Notes: generated from the sequence alone by a model not told the origin. 64,000 bases of DNA from Eledone cirrhosa (GCA_964016885.1 OZ024742.1:8308001-8372000), one strand, 5' to 3'. Shown: positions 11,149 to 24,843, numbered from the stretch's first letter. Numbers and translations: made by a program.

Positions 11149-13928
11149 TTAAACCCCTCCATAAGCCTAATGAAATACTCTCTTATGTTAGTCCCAATTC
11201 TAACCACCCCAAATCTATGATAAGTTCTATAATTAATGGTGTATCTAATAGAATTTCCACACTCTCTAAGGACATAGGAATATTTAATGCACATGCAGAG
11301 TACTATAATAATGCCCTAGCTAACTCCGGTTCCTCTGGTAAAATACATTATAATAATAATAACCTTAGAAAGTCTCCGCTTACATATAATAATAATAAGA
11401 TAATATCCCATAATATGGCCATGAATGGGAGTAGATAGCATAAGAATCGTAGAAATCACATAAGTGTATCCGAACCCATCCATACGTTAAGCCACCGGAT
11501 TCGTAATAGGGAATCTAATAGTTCTAGGGATCAAGTTGGGCGCTCTGAGCGCTCACTCAGTGGTAATGCTTTTGCTAAATCTAATTCTAATAGTGTTGTT
11601 TCTACTGATCCTATTATTAGCCCTAATCCTATTGATATGATTCCAGATAGCAATAGATATACTAAAGGTAGAAACAGAAGGAGACTCAATGGGATTCGGC
11701 GGATTCTAATAATGTGGTTTTAGCTAGTCCTCGTAGTAACCCAGATCTTAATAACGGGATATTAGATAACGGTAGAGTTGGTAAGGATAGAAATAGAAGG
11801 AGACCAAATACTTATTTTAACCCGCCATATGATCATGAAGTATTAACTAACATCCCTAGGTCTTTCTTTTCTATCTTAGAGAAAAATTTCCCTCTTAATA
11901 ATAAATACCATGGTATTTTTAATAAACATGTAATTAAACTATCATTCTCTACCACCCCTAATATTAGTTCTCATTTAGCTAGCACTAACAATAGGAAAAT
12001 TAGGGACGGCTACGCCTCTCTGCGTACTACTAGTCTGGATAGATCCATAAATGCCTTACCATCTGAGCAGACCTTATCTCATAGTAACCCTACGAGTGAT
12101 GCATCACTACTTCAGCCGATCAATAGCACCCGGAAGTGTAACTAGAGTGAGTGTTAACTGCCCTTTAAACGGTAACTGCCTCTCTAGGAACATTGTTTAT
12201 GCTTGTGTAGTTAAAACTAATTCCTCTAATAGCACATATATAGGCTCAACATCTAACACTTTTAAGACTAGGTTTAATTCTCATATCTCTAATTTTAAAC
12301 ATATTAAGTTTAAGAATTCTACTTCTTTAGCACACCATATCTGGGATCTTAAGGGGGATAATATACCATATAGCCTTAATTGGCGAATAGTAGCACGCTC
12401 TAATAACCTATCAACGCACACTAAATTCTGTATTCTCTGTATCCTTGTGACCCACTCTATAATTTTCTCTAGGGAACTCTTACTTAATAGAAAGTCTGAA
12501 ATATTTTCTTCCTGCCCCACGCCATTTCTAATTCTTACTTTTATTATAAACCTAAAAGTTCTGGTTGTGTAAATTGTATCGATTAGCTGCTATATTCCCT
12601 TATCTTTTTTGTTTAGGTTCATTTTGTTTACCACCATCATTATCATTATTATTATTGGTTTTTAACAGCTTTTCGATCTAGCTTTCATAGTCTTTTGGCT
12701 ACCATACCATATCTATCTTCTTAAATATTATATTTTCACTATTAACACCTTATGAGTTTATATCTGATTATATATTTTATTTTATTTTATTTTATTTTAT
12801 TTGGATTCTCATTTAGATAATTAACCCCCTCTTACACACACTTGTCATTTGCCCCTTCAATTATACTATAATTATATTCAATTCCCTTTTATGCTCCTTT
12901 CTATTGTATTATACAGTATATTGATTATGATTTTATGCTCCTTCGTATCCTCCATACCTTTCTTTTTTCTGTCCCCATTGGCCTACCATAGTTCTATTTA
13001 AGGTCCGTTTATTAGATAACGTTATTCAACTGAAAGTAGAATATTTCATTCTATTCTGGATATTTTTATTGAGATATCTTAAACTTTAGAGATTTTGATT
13101 ACTTAAACCATAGCTAATTTTGTATTGACTTATTATGTATTTTAAATACTTTCAATATTAATTGATTTAATAAGGTTTTCTAGTCATTTATCCGGGTTTG
13201 ATTCCTAATTTTTTTTACTTAACTGCTTGGGACACCTAAGTAAATATATTTGTTTTTGTTTTTCGATTTCCGGTTGATTTTATTTATATTTTTTCACTAC
13301 CGTGCGTAGTTTCTGTCTGGTTCTTGTTCACTTATTCATATATGTCTGTCTACCAACCATGTAATTATGTATACTATACTATGTCTGTTATTTGATATTG
13401 AAGTTGTTATATCATATCACTTTATGTAATCGTACTATAGATCTTAAATATTTACCGATTATTCGATGTACCCTTATGTTAAATTTTGTAAATTCTGTAA
13501 TATGTTTATATTTTTATAATTTTCATAATGTTTAGATAATATTTATTTATACCAATTGTATAAAAAATCGACCTCCGTCTGTTTTCTTACAACGGTATAG
13601 ATATTTTTCCAGCACAATTTTTTCAATACAATTTAGTTCTGTATGATATTTTTTTCTCACCCTGTGTGTAACTTTATATGATTTGTTAAGTTATATGCCA
13701 ATATATTATAATATTGTTATTATAGTGTTATTGTAATATTTATATTGTTTGTGCAAATTGACCGGAGATTATAAATTATATTTATATAATTATATAGTAT
13801 ATTATATATTATATGTTTATTTTTATTCATTTCTTTATCATTTTATACTGTAAATAATATATGTATTATATTTATATTTAAACTCTTAATAAGTGTTAGT
13901 TTGTGTTTGTATTGATGGATATGTGTAT

Positions 13929-13998
<70 letters not shown>

Positions 13999-14378
13999 AC
14001 ATATGTATATATATATATATGTATATTGGGCCTTTTAATATTATTATTATTATCATTATCAATTATATTATATTATATTATATTATATATCGTACTGTAA
14101 TTCTCGCTTTATATCACCACTTGTGTTTAGTTTTAGTTTTTGCATTGTACTATATTTGTAATATGGTTCAAAATGTTTTTCACTTCCTTAGCAAGTTTTA
14201 CTTGATAATTTTCCTATGATTTAATGTATGTATACTCCATATTCTTCCGAGTTTTTGGCTTGTATTGGCCGATAGTGCTTATTATAGCTTTACTTGCCCT
14301 GATGAGTCCTCTATAGGACGAAACATTGTTGGCTAATAAAGACTTTTGATGTATTGAAGGCCTCTTTGGTTTATTTTC

Positions 14379-14381
<3 letters not shown>
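11146..14381 (+). mobile_element. 5'-truncated Penelope-like element (RT thumb, linker, GIY-YIG, long AT-rich 3' region, HHR)
   Basis: FKPLHKPNE..YV...SNHP...RISTLS, YFNPPY, IFNKHVIKLSFSTTPNI, CN..CPLNGNC..NIVY...YIGST..FKTRF..H, LAHHIWDLK, CILC. Contains stops and frameshifts. Bounded by (TA)n on both sides. Confidence 0.9.
14296..14333 (+). ncRNA. Minimal type I hammerhead ribozyme
   Basis: GCC-CTGATGA-GTCCT-CTAT-AGGAC-GAAAC-ATT-GTT-GGC: canonical core, 5-bp stem II, GCC/GGC stem I. AATAAA follows at 14335. Confidence 0.85.
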
Positions 14382-14430
<49 letters not shown>

Positions 14431-14629
14431 CATGAGTGTATGTATGTGTCTCACTCTCTCCTCACTCTCTCATTCTCACTCTGTGTGCGTATAATTAGGT
14501 ATCTGAGTAGCTGTCTCTACATCTCTTCCATACGGGGTGTATAAATACTTTTCATATTTTGATATTTTCATGTCTATCTCTCTTTATCTTCCTATATTTG
14601 CAGCCATCAAACACGAAGTAGTAGTGGAT

Positions 14630-15082
14630 ATATTTCTTTATTTGCCACAAGGGCGCGCAAGAAAAGGGGACAATACAAAGATATATGGCGGGGATTTTAC
14701 ATACAATCATGTAACAAATTTTAGCATGCAAATTCAACAATCGAAATCCCAATAGGGGGCGGCGTTACAAATAGGTTGTTTTATACACCGTAGATAGAAC
14801 AACCCTCAACTCCAGGAGCATGTTGTGCAAGTGTTCCTTTCTTTCTTTTGCACTCTTCTTCAACATACAGATATATATACAGAGAAGGCCCAATCACTCA
14901 GGCCATTTTTGCTACATTCACCCACCCTTCAGTAAATTTACTGGGTGCAGTGCCTCTCTCTCCACTCTGATTCTCCTTCTAAAGTAGTACCTAAAGAAGG
15001 GAATGAGTTGTTGTCCGGAGAGAAAGGCATCTGTCCTCAGTCCTCTCAACCTTGTCCACCATATAATCTCTTTCACCATAGC

Positions 15083-15085
<3 letters not shown>
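14630..15085 (-). mobile_element. Diverged Tx1-like L1 3' fragment
   Basis: VAMVKEIIWWTRLRGLRTDAFLSGQQLIPFFRYYFRRRIRVEREAL is homologous to the ORF2 C-terminus of the 30.8-48 kb elements. The 3' end CCCTTGTGGCAAATAAA matches their CCCTCGTGGCAAATAAA. Confidence 0.88.
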
Positions 15086-15145
<60 letters not shown>

Positions 15146-15542
15146 CGCCCGTGTGTGTGTGTGCGTGTGCGTGTATATTTGAGTGTGTGTGTATGTATAT
15201 ATGTATTTATGTATATATACATGATGATGTAGAGTGGGGAATTCCAATCCACTGACTGCTCCGTAGGTATGTAGGTATGTATTGATGTAGAAACGTTTCC
15301 ATATATTTCTGTGTGTAGGGAGTGTCTGAGTGTGTTGACATATACAATATAATGTATACATTCTGAATATGTCAAATATAGATATGATCGCTTATTTGTA
15401 TGTGTTTGTATGCATGATGATGTGTGTGTGTGTATAAGTGAGTGAGTGTGTATTTCTGTATGAGTGTGTGTGTGTGGCTGTGTGAGTGAGTGTGTGTGTG
15501 TGTGTGAGTTTGTGTGTGTGTGTGTGTGAGTGTGTGTGAGTT

Positions 15543-15595
<53 letters not shown>

Positions 15596-15859
15596 CCTTA
15601 AAATGTCACGACGCTCATCTTATCACATAGATTCATCTTCTCTGACGCACACGTATCCACACATGCATACGTGCGTGTGTGGATACGCATATACATATAT
15701 ATATATATATATACATGCACACACACAAACGCGCACACACACGCACGCACACACACAAACACACACACAAATACCCACGTCCAGCCAGTACACAACTTCA
15801 ACAAACAATAAGGAAACAACACAGTTATAGAAAATATACATAAATCTTCACGTAGCGGA

Positions 15860-16090
15860 ATGTGTCCCCACCTCCACCATTTCTCCAACACCGCCACCTC
15901 CGCCACTCTCCACCGCCCCCACCACCTCCTCCACCACCACCTCCACTCACTCCAACACCACCATCTCTCCACGCCCACCCCCACCATCTCTCCACCGCCA
16001 CCTCCTCCACCATATCTCCAACACCACCACCTCCACCACCTCCACCATTTCTTCACCACCACCCCCATCAGACCCCCCACCACCACCACT
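15860..16090. repeat. Degenerate (CCA/CCT)n low-complexity tract
   Basis: Visible triplet repeats. Confidence 0.8.
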
Positions 16091-16879
16091 GAGATATGTG
16101 AGACATATCACCAAACCCATCTAACTCATCCCACTCACTGGAGACCATTGGGTAAGTGGGTTTTAAGACAAGGTTATTGTGAAGTTGTTTGTTTTGAGCC
16201 GTTGGTCACCCTTCATCGAACACAGATAATCAAAGCCGTCTCAACTGTAACCTCTTGGCCTCTTATCTCACATGAAACACCACCTTAGCCAATGCCCTTA
16301 TTTCTGAGAAAGTGGTCGTAATTTGATAGACTGTGTTGCTATTTCTAGCATGTCTAGTAATCAAGTAAAACATCGATACTTTCTGTTGAGATTAATATGT
16401 TATTTTAAGGGTTCTGTATATTATAACATGTAGCAGACCCTTATTTCATTTGACAGCAGAGATAAAATAAACTAAACCCTATCTTGTAGTGAGTATTTTC
16501 TTACTAATTGCTATATGTTGAATGATGTACAGTTTAAACTATGACCGGGTTAATCCGGTTACGAGTCACTGTTCATATCGTTTGTTTCGATATCCTGCGA
16601 TTTCGGGTTCGGTCCGCTGCGTAGCATCATTCCATTAATTTTACCATAACCTTAATGAGACAAAGATGCCATGAGGGGCCTCTCAAGAAACTTCTTACTG
16701 GGCAACTGAGATAACTGTTTGTTTCTCTTTATAGATATAGGTGGGGAGTTACATTGAATATTTAACATTAAACTCCAAATGAATTTCCTACTTACTCTGT
16801 CTCATTGATTTGTTCTGGGTTAGATTGTGGCTTGAAATAGCAACCTAGTTATTTCTTTTACTAAATTATATATAACATG

Positions 16880-17301
16880 TTTATTTTCAATATAGAAATA
16901 ATAAAAAAGAAGAGGAAACAAAGGGAAAGAAAGAATAGGGAAATAGAAACAAAAAAAATATAGAAAAAAAAAAGAGGAGAGAAAGAAAGAAGAAAAAGAT
17001 CGGGAAGGGGCTGGGATAGCAAGAGCTCTGGTGTCGCAGAAGAGGGAGGAGGAGTAAAGGGGGAGGGTGATTGGGCCTAGGGCAAGAGGGCAGTAGTGCT
17101 GCGCCCAGCTGACAAGACGGCAAAAGCATTCACCCGGACGATGGCCAATGACACCCGCTGCAACCGCCACCCAACCTCGTGGGGTTCCCTCCTCAGACGG
17201 GCCACCGACATTCCGATCTTGCGGAGAAGCTCGACAGTACGGGGTCTAAGTATGTCTGAGGTCTCGACGGTGACCGGTGCAAAGAGGAAGCGGTCAGACA
17301 A
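16880..17301 (-). mobile_element. CRE-clade-like RLE non-LTR retrotransposon 3' fragment
   Basis: FAPVTVETSDILRPRTVELLRKIG..VARLRREPHEVGWRLQRVSLAIVRVNAFAVL matches the F.P..VET.G.....QR.S.AI.RGNA C-terminus of CRE-type RLE ORFs. A T-rich 3' region follows. A second degenerate piece lies at ~17505-17575. Confidence 0.7.
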
Positions 17302-17790
17302 ACCCCGGAATTAGGCAACAAAAAAACACTAATAAAGGGAAAAAAATAAAAAAAGTAAACTAAATCAAAAGTAGTAAAAGAAAGAAGAATCAAGCAACGA
17401 AGAAAGGGGAGAGGGGAATGGAGAGACACTACACCCCAGTCAGATAGGTGCCTCAGTCACGCCTTGTGGACAAAATGGCAAAAGTATTATCACAGAGAAT
17501 GATCAGAGACACCCGCTGCACCAGCTCACACCACCTCATGGGGCTCTCTTCTCAAGCGGACCACCGTCTTTACGACTTTCTAATTTAGGCTAATTATGAA
17601 TGAATGAAAAGAATCGACCCAACAAATGACTGGTACTTTGTTTTTAGCGACGAAAGATATTGTTGACTTTGGTAAGATTTGAAATAAGGCAGTAGAAGTG
17701 CCGCCAGTCATTCTATCCAACCCTCTAAATCGTCCCCCTCCCCCTGATTATGTTTGGCATAATAAATTGATCCAGGATTGCAGCTCGCAC

Positions 17791-18150
17791 AAAATAATTG
17801 TTTCTATTTTAGGCACAAGCCTACAATTATCCCAGTACATTACTGGTACTTTATTTTATCGACCCCGTAAGGATGAAAGGCAAAGTTAACCTGGGCGGGA
17901 TTTGAACTCAGAATGGCAAGGGCCGTAACTCTATGCGTCAAAGCATGGCGTCCGACCCTCTACCGTGCAAAATAATTGTTTCTACTTTAGGCACAAGGCC
18001 AGCAATTATCAGTGCATTACTGGTACTTTATTTTATCGACCCCGTAAGGATGAAAGGCAAAGTCAACCTCGGCGGGATTTGAACTCAGATGGTAAAGGGA
18101 CGTAACTATGCTGGAAAGCATGGCGTCCGACCCTCTACCGATACTGCCAA
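17791..18150 (-). mobile_element. Two tandem copies of SINE family A (17791-17965, 17969-18150)
   Basis: Same core as 1564-1745, with B box GAGTTCAAATCCC on the minus strand. About 178-bp period. Confidence 0.85.
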
Positions 18151-18404
18151 TCAAAATAATGAACTGTAGAAACACAGATCAATACCATCGGCGCCGCCAT
18201 CATCGCCATCTCCGTCGTCCTCGTCGTCCCCGTCACCCTTATCCCCGACGACGTCGTCGTCACCGTCTTCATAGTCGACGTCTAGGAGTCTGGGTGTGAT
18301 GTCACAACACCAATACGCGCATGCGTGTCATCAAATATAACACCTTGAAACATCTTTGGCCGTTGACAGCAGACGGACTTCCTGTCCAGCAGAATCTGTC
18401 TCTT

Positions 18405-19605
18405 CTGTCATCACCATCACCTTCATCATTACATCGTCAACACCACCACCACCACTACCACCACTACCATCATCACCCTCACCACCACCACCACCACCAC
18501 CACCACTACCATCATCACCCTCACCACCACCACCACCACCACCACCACTACCATCATCACCCTCACCACCACCACCACCACCACCACCACTACCATCATC
18601 ACCCTCACCACCACCACCACCACCACCACCACTACCATCATCACCCTCACCACCACCACCACCACTACCATCATCATCATCACCACCACCACCACCACCA
18701 CCACCACCACCCACCACCACTACCATCATCACCCTCACCACCACCACCACCACCACCACCACTACCATCATCACCCTCACCACCACCACCACCACCACCA
18801 CCACCACTACCATCATCACCCTCACCACCACCACTACAATCATCACCCTCACCACCACCACTACCATCATCACCCTCACCACCGCCACCACCACCACCAC
18901 TACCATCATCATCACCACCACCATCATCACCACCCTCACCACCACCAACATCAACCTCACCACCACCACCACCACAATCACCACCATTACCACCACCAAC
19001 CTCTACCTTCATCATCGTCATCACCATCATCACCAGCACTACCATCACCACCACCACCATCACTACCACCATCACTACCACCATCATCATCAGCATTATC
19101 CTTACCTTTCTACATTATGTGTGGCGGTGGTCGGTGGTGGTGGTGGTGGTGGTAGTGGTGGTGGTGGTGGTGGTAGTGGTGGTGATGGTAGCGGTGGTGG
19201 TGGTAGTGGTGGTGGTAGTGGTGCTGGTGGTGGTGGTAGTGGTGGTGGTGGTAGCGGTGGTGGTGGTAGTGGTGGTGGTGGTAGCGGTGGTGGTGGTGGT
19301 AGTGGTGGTGGTAGTGGTGATGTGAAGTGGAGGTGGTGGTGGTGGTGGTGGTAGTGGTGGTGGTGGTGGTGGTAGTGGTGGTGATGGTAGCGGTGGTGGT
19401 GGTAGTGGTGGTGGTAGTGGTGCTGGTGGTGGTGGTAGTGGTGGTGGTGGTAGCGGTGGTGGTGGTAGTGGTGGTGGTAGTGGTGATGTGAAGTGGAGGT
19501 GGTGGTGGTGGTGGTGGTAGTGGTGCTGGCGGTGGTGGTAGTGGTGGTGGTGGTGGTAGTGGTGGTGGTGGTGTTAGTGGTAGTAGTGGTGGTAGTGGTG
19601 GTGGA
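18405..19605. repeat. (CAC/CAT)n tract followed by its complement (GGT/GTA)n
   Basis: The C-rich triplet tract 18405-19095 has a ~39-bp higher-order unit. It switches to a G-rich triplet tract at ~19122. Confidence 0.9.
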
Positions 19606-19826
19606 AGTTGTTGTAGGAGAGAGAGCGAAGAAAGGACAGCGTCGCTGTATGTTGGGATCTTTCACTGTGTCAACGTTTCTTCATATATTTCTCTGTGTTT
19701 GTTCATGAACTTGTCCGCCTATCTTTCCCTTTGTCTCTCTATCTCCCCCTCTTCTCTCTCTCCCCTCTAACCCCCTTCTCTCTCTTTCTCTATATGTCAG
19801 TGTGTGTTTGTTAAGTCATTTCTTTA

Positions 19827-20196
19827 ACCGTGTGTGTGATTGTGTATGTGTCACTATAACCATGTGTGTGATTGTGTATGTGTCACTATAACCATGTGTG
19901 TGATTGTGTATGTGTCACTATAACCATGTGTGTGATTGTGTATGTGTCACTATAACCATGTGTGTGATTGTGTATGTGTCACTATAACCATGTGTGTGAT
20001 TGTGTATGTGTCACTATAACCATGTGTGTGATTGTGTATGTGTCACTATAACCATGTGTGTGATTGTGTATGTGTCACTATAACCATGTGTGTGATTGTG
20101 TATGTGTCACTATAACCATGTGTGTGATTGTGTATGTGTCACTATAACCATGTGTGTGATTGTGTATGTGTCACTATAACCATGTGTGTGATTGTG
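19827..20196. repeat. 32-bp minisatellite, ~11 near-perfect copies
   Basis: Unit AACCATGTGTGTGATTGTGTATGTGTCACTAT. Confidence 0.95.
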
Positions 20197-20250
20197 TCAT
20201 CATACTTATGTGAATTCTTTAATTCGTTTGTCTCTGTGAGTTCGTATGTT

Positions 20251-20308
<58 letters not shown>

Positions 20309-20469
20309 CGTGCGTGTGTGTGTGTGCGTTTGTGTGTGTCTGTGTGTGTGTGCGTTTGTGTGTGTCTGTGTGTGTGTGTATTTGTATGTATATATATGCA
20401 TATATACATATATTTCTGTGTATGTAAATGCCTTATTCTCAGTTGCTCTGTAAATATGCCTGAATAACT

Positions 20470-21460
20470 GTGTGTGTGAGAGTGTGTATGTGAGTGTGTG
20501 TATGGGAGCGTGTGTATGTGAGTGTGTGTATGGGAGCGTGTGTATGGGAGTGTGTGTATGGGAGTGTGTGTATGGGAGTGTATATGGGAATGTGCGTGAG
20601 AGTGTGTGTATGGGAGTGTGTATGGGAGTGCGTGTATGGGAGTGTGTGTATGTGAGAGTGTGTATGGGAGTGTATGTATGGGAGTGTGTGTATGGGAGTG
20701 TGTGTATGGGAGTGTGTGTATGATAGAATTTGTATGTGTATGAGAATGTCTGTATGGGAGTGTGTGTGTGTGTGCTTTTGTCCATGCACTTCTCTGACTG
20801 TCCATGGCCCCGGGAGCATGTGTATGTACATGTGCGTGTATGTGAGTGCACACATGTTTTGATGTGTATGAACACGTGTGTGTGTGTTTGTGTGAGATAG
20901 TAAGTTAGAAGGTGTACATGTGCGTCTGTGTGTATGTGTGTGTGAGCATGTGTGAGTCTCTGTGTGTGTGTTTGTGTGAGCATGTGTGAGTCTGTTTGTG
21001 TGTGTGAGCATGTTTGTGTCTGTGTGTGTGTGTTTGTGTGAGCATGTGTGAGTCTGCTTGTGTGTGTGTGAGCATGTTTGTGTCTGTATGTGTGTGTTTG
21101 TGTGAGCATGTGTGAGTCTGCTTGTGTGTGTGTGAGCATGTGTGAGTCTGCTTGTGTGTGTGTGAGCATGTTTGTGTCTGTGTGTGTGTGTTTGTGTGAG
21201 CATGTGTGAGTCTGCTTGTGTGTGTGTGAGCATGTTTGTGTCTGTGTGTGTGTGTTTGTGTGAGCATGTGTGAGTCTGCTTGTGTGTGTGTGAGCATGTT
21301 TGTGTCTGTGTGTGTGTGTTTGTGTGAGCATGTGTGAGTCTGCTTGTGTGTGTGTGAGCATGTTTGTGTCTGTGTGTGTGTGTTTGTGTGAGCATGTGTG
21401 AGTCTGCTTGTGTGTGTGTGAGCATGTGTGAGTCTGCTTGTGTGTGTGTGAGCATGTATG
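20470..21460. repeat. (TG)n-derived minisatellites (GTGTGTATGGGAGT-type, then GAGCATGTGTGAGTCTGCTT-type ~60 bp)
   Basis: Visible tandem units. Confidence 0.85.
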
Positions 21461-22050
21461 TGTGTTGTGTTGTTGCAGTGCAGACGTGTCAGATTTGGCT
21501 GCAGAAAGGACCGATAAAACCGAGGATTAATGTTTGTCTGAATGACATCTGATAAATCGATAGCGAGGCTTTTGTTTTTCGTGAACTTTAACTGTAAGGA
21601 AGCGGAAACATAAAGCCGCCATCTTTACTTAACTCGAAGTAAAGTCAGACAATAATCTTCTAATATTCAATGCACACACATCCACACATATATACAAACA
21701 CATATAGACACATACATATCTAATATTCATCACAATGCACACACATACATACATATATACAAACACATATAGACACATACATATCTAATATTCATCACAA
21801 TGCACACACATACATACAAACACATATAGCCACATACATACCAACAACAGCACAAGATCACACACGAATGTATGTACAATGAAATGGAGAAAAACACGCA
21901 GACATGTATATATATAAACAACACACAAACACCCGCACATATATATACACATATACTACATGTATATACATTTATATATACACACACACGCAAGATGAAT
22001 TATATTTCTAAATCTTTCTCTTCTAACTTCGTCTGTTTCGTTTGTTTGTT

Positions 22051-22121
<71 letters not shown>

Positions 22122-22416
22122 AATATATTACACAAAGAGAAGTGTGTTACACAGTGAGATGTGTGTAAAGAATTATTACAAGAGGTATACTATATATAAT
22201 ATATATATATATATATATATGTGTGTCTCTGTGTGTCTGTGTGAGTCTCTGTGTGTTTGTGTGTGTGTGTGTGTGTGTGTACACACCCATATATATATAT
22301 ATATATACGTGTGTGTGTGTGTGTGTGTGTATCTGTTTGTGTACTTGTATGTGTTTGCGCGTGGCGTGTGTATGTATAGATCGATATAGGTTTGTCCTAT
22401 ATATACATATATGTAT

Positions 22417-22494
<78 letters not shown>

Positions 22495-23009
22495 ATCTGT
22501 CTGTCTGTGTACTTGTATGTGTGTGTTTATGTATACATCTACATAGGTCTATCCTACTTTATATACACTCTATAACATATAACATATTTCTATATATCAG
22601 TATATTTTTCCTCTCGAGTCTACATGGTAATGTCAGCGTCTCTAATGACATACTTCCACTGACCTAAACTACACCCATCTTGTCTATGACATTCTATTCC
22701 ACAACCAGCCTCACCTTCACCCGGTTACCCTGTCCAACTATGATGTGTCTCACTTATTAATATATATATATACACATGTATATAATGTATTTGCATAAAA
22801 GTTTCTGACTGAGGCAGAAGGCCAACACATTTGTGGGGTAGTGGAAAGTCGATTAAACGACCCGAGTGCATTACTGGTACTTTATTTGTACAGTAATAAT
22901 GATAATGGTTTCTGATTCAGGCACATGGCCAACATTTTTCTGGAGGAGGGGATTGTCTATTAAATCGGTTCCAGTGTATCACTGGTATTTATTAAATCAT
23001 AATTATAAT

Positions 23010-23195
23010 CATACTATAGACACAAGGCTATCAGTTTGGGGAGAGGGAAAAGTTGATTAAATCGACCTCTGCGCATTACTGGTACTTTATTTTGCTGACC
23101 TCGTAAGGATGAAGAGCAAAACTAACCCCGACGGAATTTGAACTTAGAACATAAAAGAAGCGTAACTCTATGCTGTAATGCAGGGTGGCCGACGC
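23010..23195 (-). mobile_element. SINE family A, degenerate copy (further fragments at 22820-22990)
   Basis: CATTACTGGTACTTTATTTT...CGTAAGGATGAA...GGAATTTGAAC core. Confidence 0.7.
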
Positions 23196-23322
23196 AACAA
23201 CAAGGATTTTGCAAAAAGTCTTAACTTTGAAGGAAACATTGGAACTTCTCACCGTTTGTTATGGCCCCACCCCGCTTCCTAAGCTTAAATTTGGTCGAAG
23301 ATCTGCAGCCTCCAAGATCTAA

Positions 23323-23523
23323 TATGTGTATATGTGTGTATCTGGCTGTGTGTGTATATGTGTGTATCTGGCTGTGTGTGTGTGTGTGTGTATCTGGCTG
23401 TGTGTGTATGTGTGTGTATCTGGCTGTGTGTGTATATGTGTGTATCTGGCTGTGTGTGTATGTGTGTGTATCTGGCTGTGTGTGTATATGTGTGTATCTG
23501 GCTGTGTGTGTATGTGTGTGTGT
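23323..23523. repeat. ~26-bp minisatellite GTGTGTATCTGGCTGTGTGTGTAT
   Basis: About 7 copies. Confidence 0.9.
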
Positions 23524-23984
23524 TTGAATATATATTATTAGAAATAATTTTATAGAATCATAAATCTTAGCTTTAGACTCTTTAAGAAATATTTCTATGA
23601 GAAGTTACAGTTTCAAAGCTATGTCTCAATACTTCATCTATTTAACCTTGAAGCTCCCTTCTAGTTTACTCTGTCAAATCCCTATAACATATCTTTACAC
23701 AGTATTCTAGTATATCCCACCTGAAACAGCTCAACCCTAAAGTAATCCTATACACAACTTTATGCAACATATCTTGTGTTTTCAATACTGTAAGGTGTAT
23801 TACGTGAAACCCTCCCTGTGTACTTGAGCTCTTAAAAAGTAATTAATTACAAAATACATAAATTTACGGATCACGTGTTTATTTAAATAAATTCAAATAT
23901 TTTCCAGTAATAATTTCGTTATATTAATTTATCAAAACAAAAAATAGAATTTAATGTTCAAATTTAAGAACTCGTAAATTATAA

Positions 23985-24197
23985 TGATTTCTAGTATAGG
24001 CACATGGCCAGTAATTTTTGGGGAGGGGAAGTCGATTAAATCGACCTCAGTATGTTACTGGTGGTTTATTTTATCGACCCCGTAAAGATAAAAGGCAAAG
24101 TTAAGCCCAGCGGGATTTGAACTCAGATCATAAAGGACCGTAACTCTATACTGCAAAGCATGGTGTCCGACCCTCTACCGATACTGCCAGTCCACCG
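23985..24197 (-). mobile_element. SINE family A, full copy
   Basis: Minus strand A box TGGCAGTATCGG, B box GAGTTCAAATCCC, and the shared core. Confidence 0.85.
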
Positions 24198-24388
24198 TAA
24201 AGACATCAACATTCTTCAATTTTCCTGCGGAGTCGTATATATGTTACCCCTAAAGAGGACGAGAATCGGTCGGCAAAGATAGAACACTAAAGTAATCGGC
24301 TTCTGATACTTGTAACAGATCCAAATTAATTAATTAGAGTAACTGAAACTAAATAAGGCTATAATTCTCTCTCTCTCTCTCTCTCTCA

Positions 24389-24429
<41 letters not shown>

Positions 24430-24575
24430 ATGGAAAAATTTGAACAGGGACAAAACAGAGAGGCAGTACAACGAATGTTTATTAATTTCACGCTCTATAT
24501 ATATATAATCAAGGTTTAGCAAATAGGAAAAAGTTTTAAAATAATTTTAAAAAGTTTTCTTTACTAACTATCATT

Positions 24576-24669
24576 ACCCTTACCGCGCGGTTTCAAGTCT
24601 CAAAATAAATGGATAATCCATGCGGAAATAAATGGATATCTCATGAGAAGAATTCTTTCGTCAGAAGGT
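24576..24669 (-). ncRNA. Type I hammerhead ribozyme in a (TA)n-flanked PLE terminus (24510-24805)
   Basis: Minus strand ACCTT-CTGACGA-AAG..TCTCA...TGAGACTT-GAAAC-CGCGCG-GTA-AGGGT: 5-bp stem I, long bulged stem II, palindromic stem III (ACCGCGCGGT). Confidence 0.75.
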
Positions 24670-24843
24670 TCTTCTCACTCGGAGAATATAAAATTCCCGA
24701 GTTCAAATCACGAACTGGCGCCATACAGAACTGCTCCCGGATGAAAGTGTATGATAAGGAACAATCTTGTCTAGTGCCGTGTGTAAAGATAGAAGGCAAG
24801 GGATGTATATATTTATATATATATATATATAAGAACAAGTAAG

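Noticed and set aside
18321-19665. Poly-His/Pro/Thr/Val/Gly ORFs resembling extensin or mucin
   Set aside because: They are open in several frames on both strands because of triplet repeats. There is no domain or splice evidence.
19827-20196. Regular 32-bp repeats superficially like a CRISPR array
   Set aside because: There are no spacers and no cas genes, and the context is eukaryotic. It is a plain minisatellite.
20128-23555. CV/YI/HT-rich ORFs (also at 11007-11294, 13903-15841 and 48138-51141)
   Set aside because: Dinucleotide microsatellite translations.
23985-24197. A/B-box sequences as tRNA genes
   Set aside because: There is no cloverleaf. They are heads of a multi-copy SINE.
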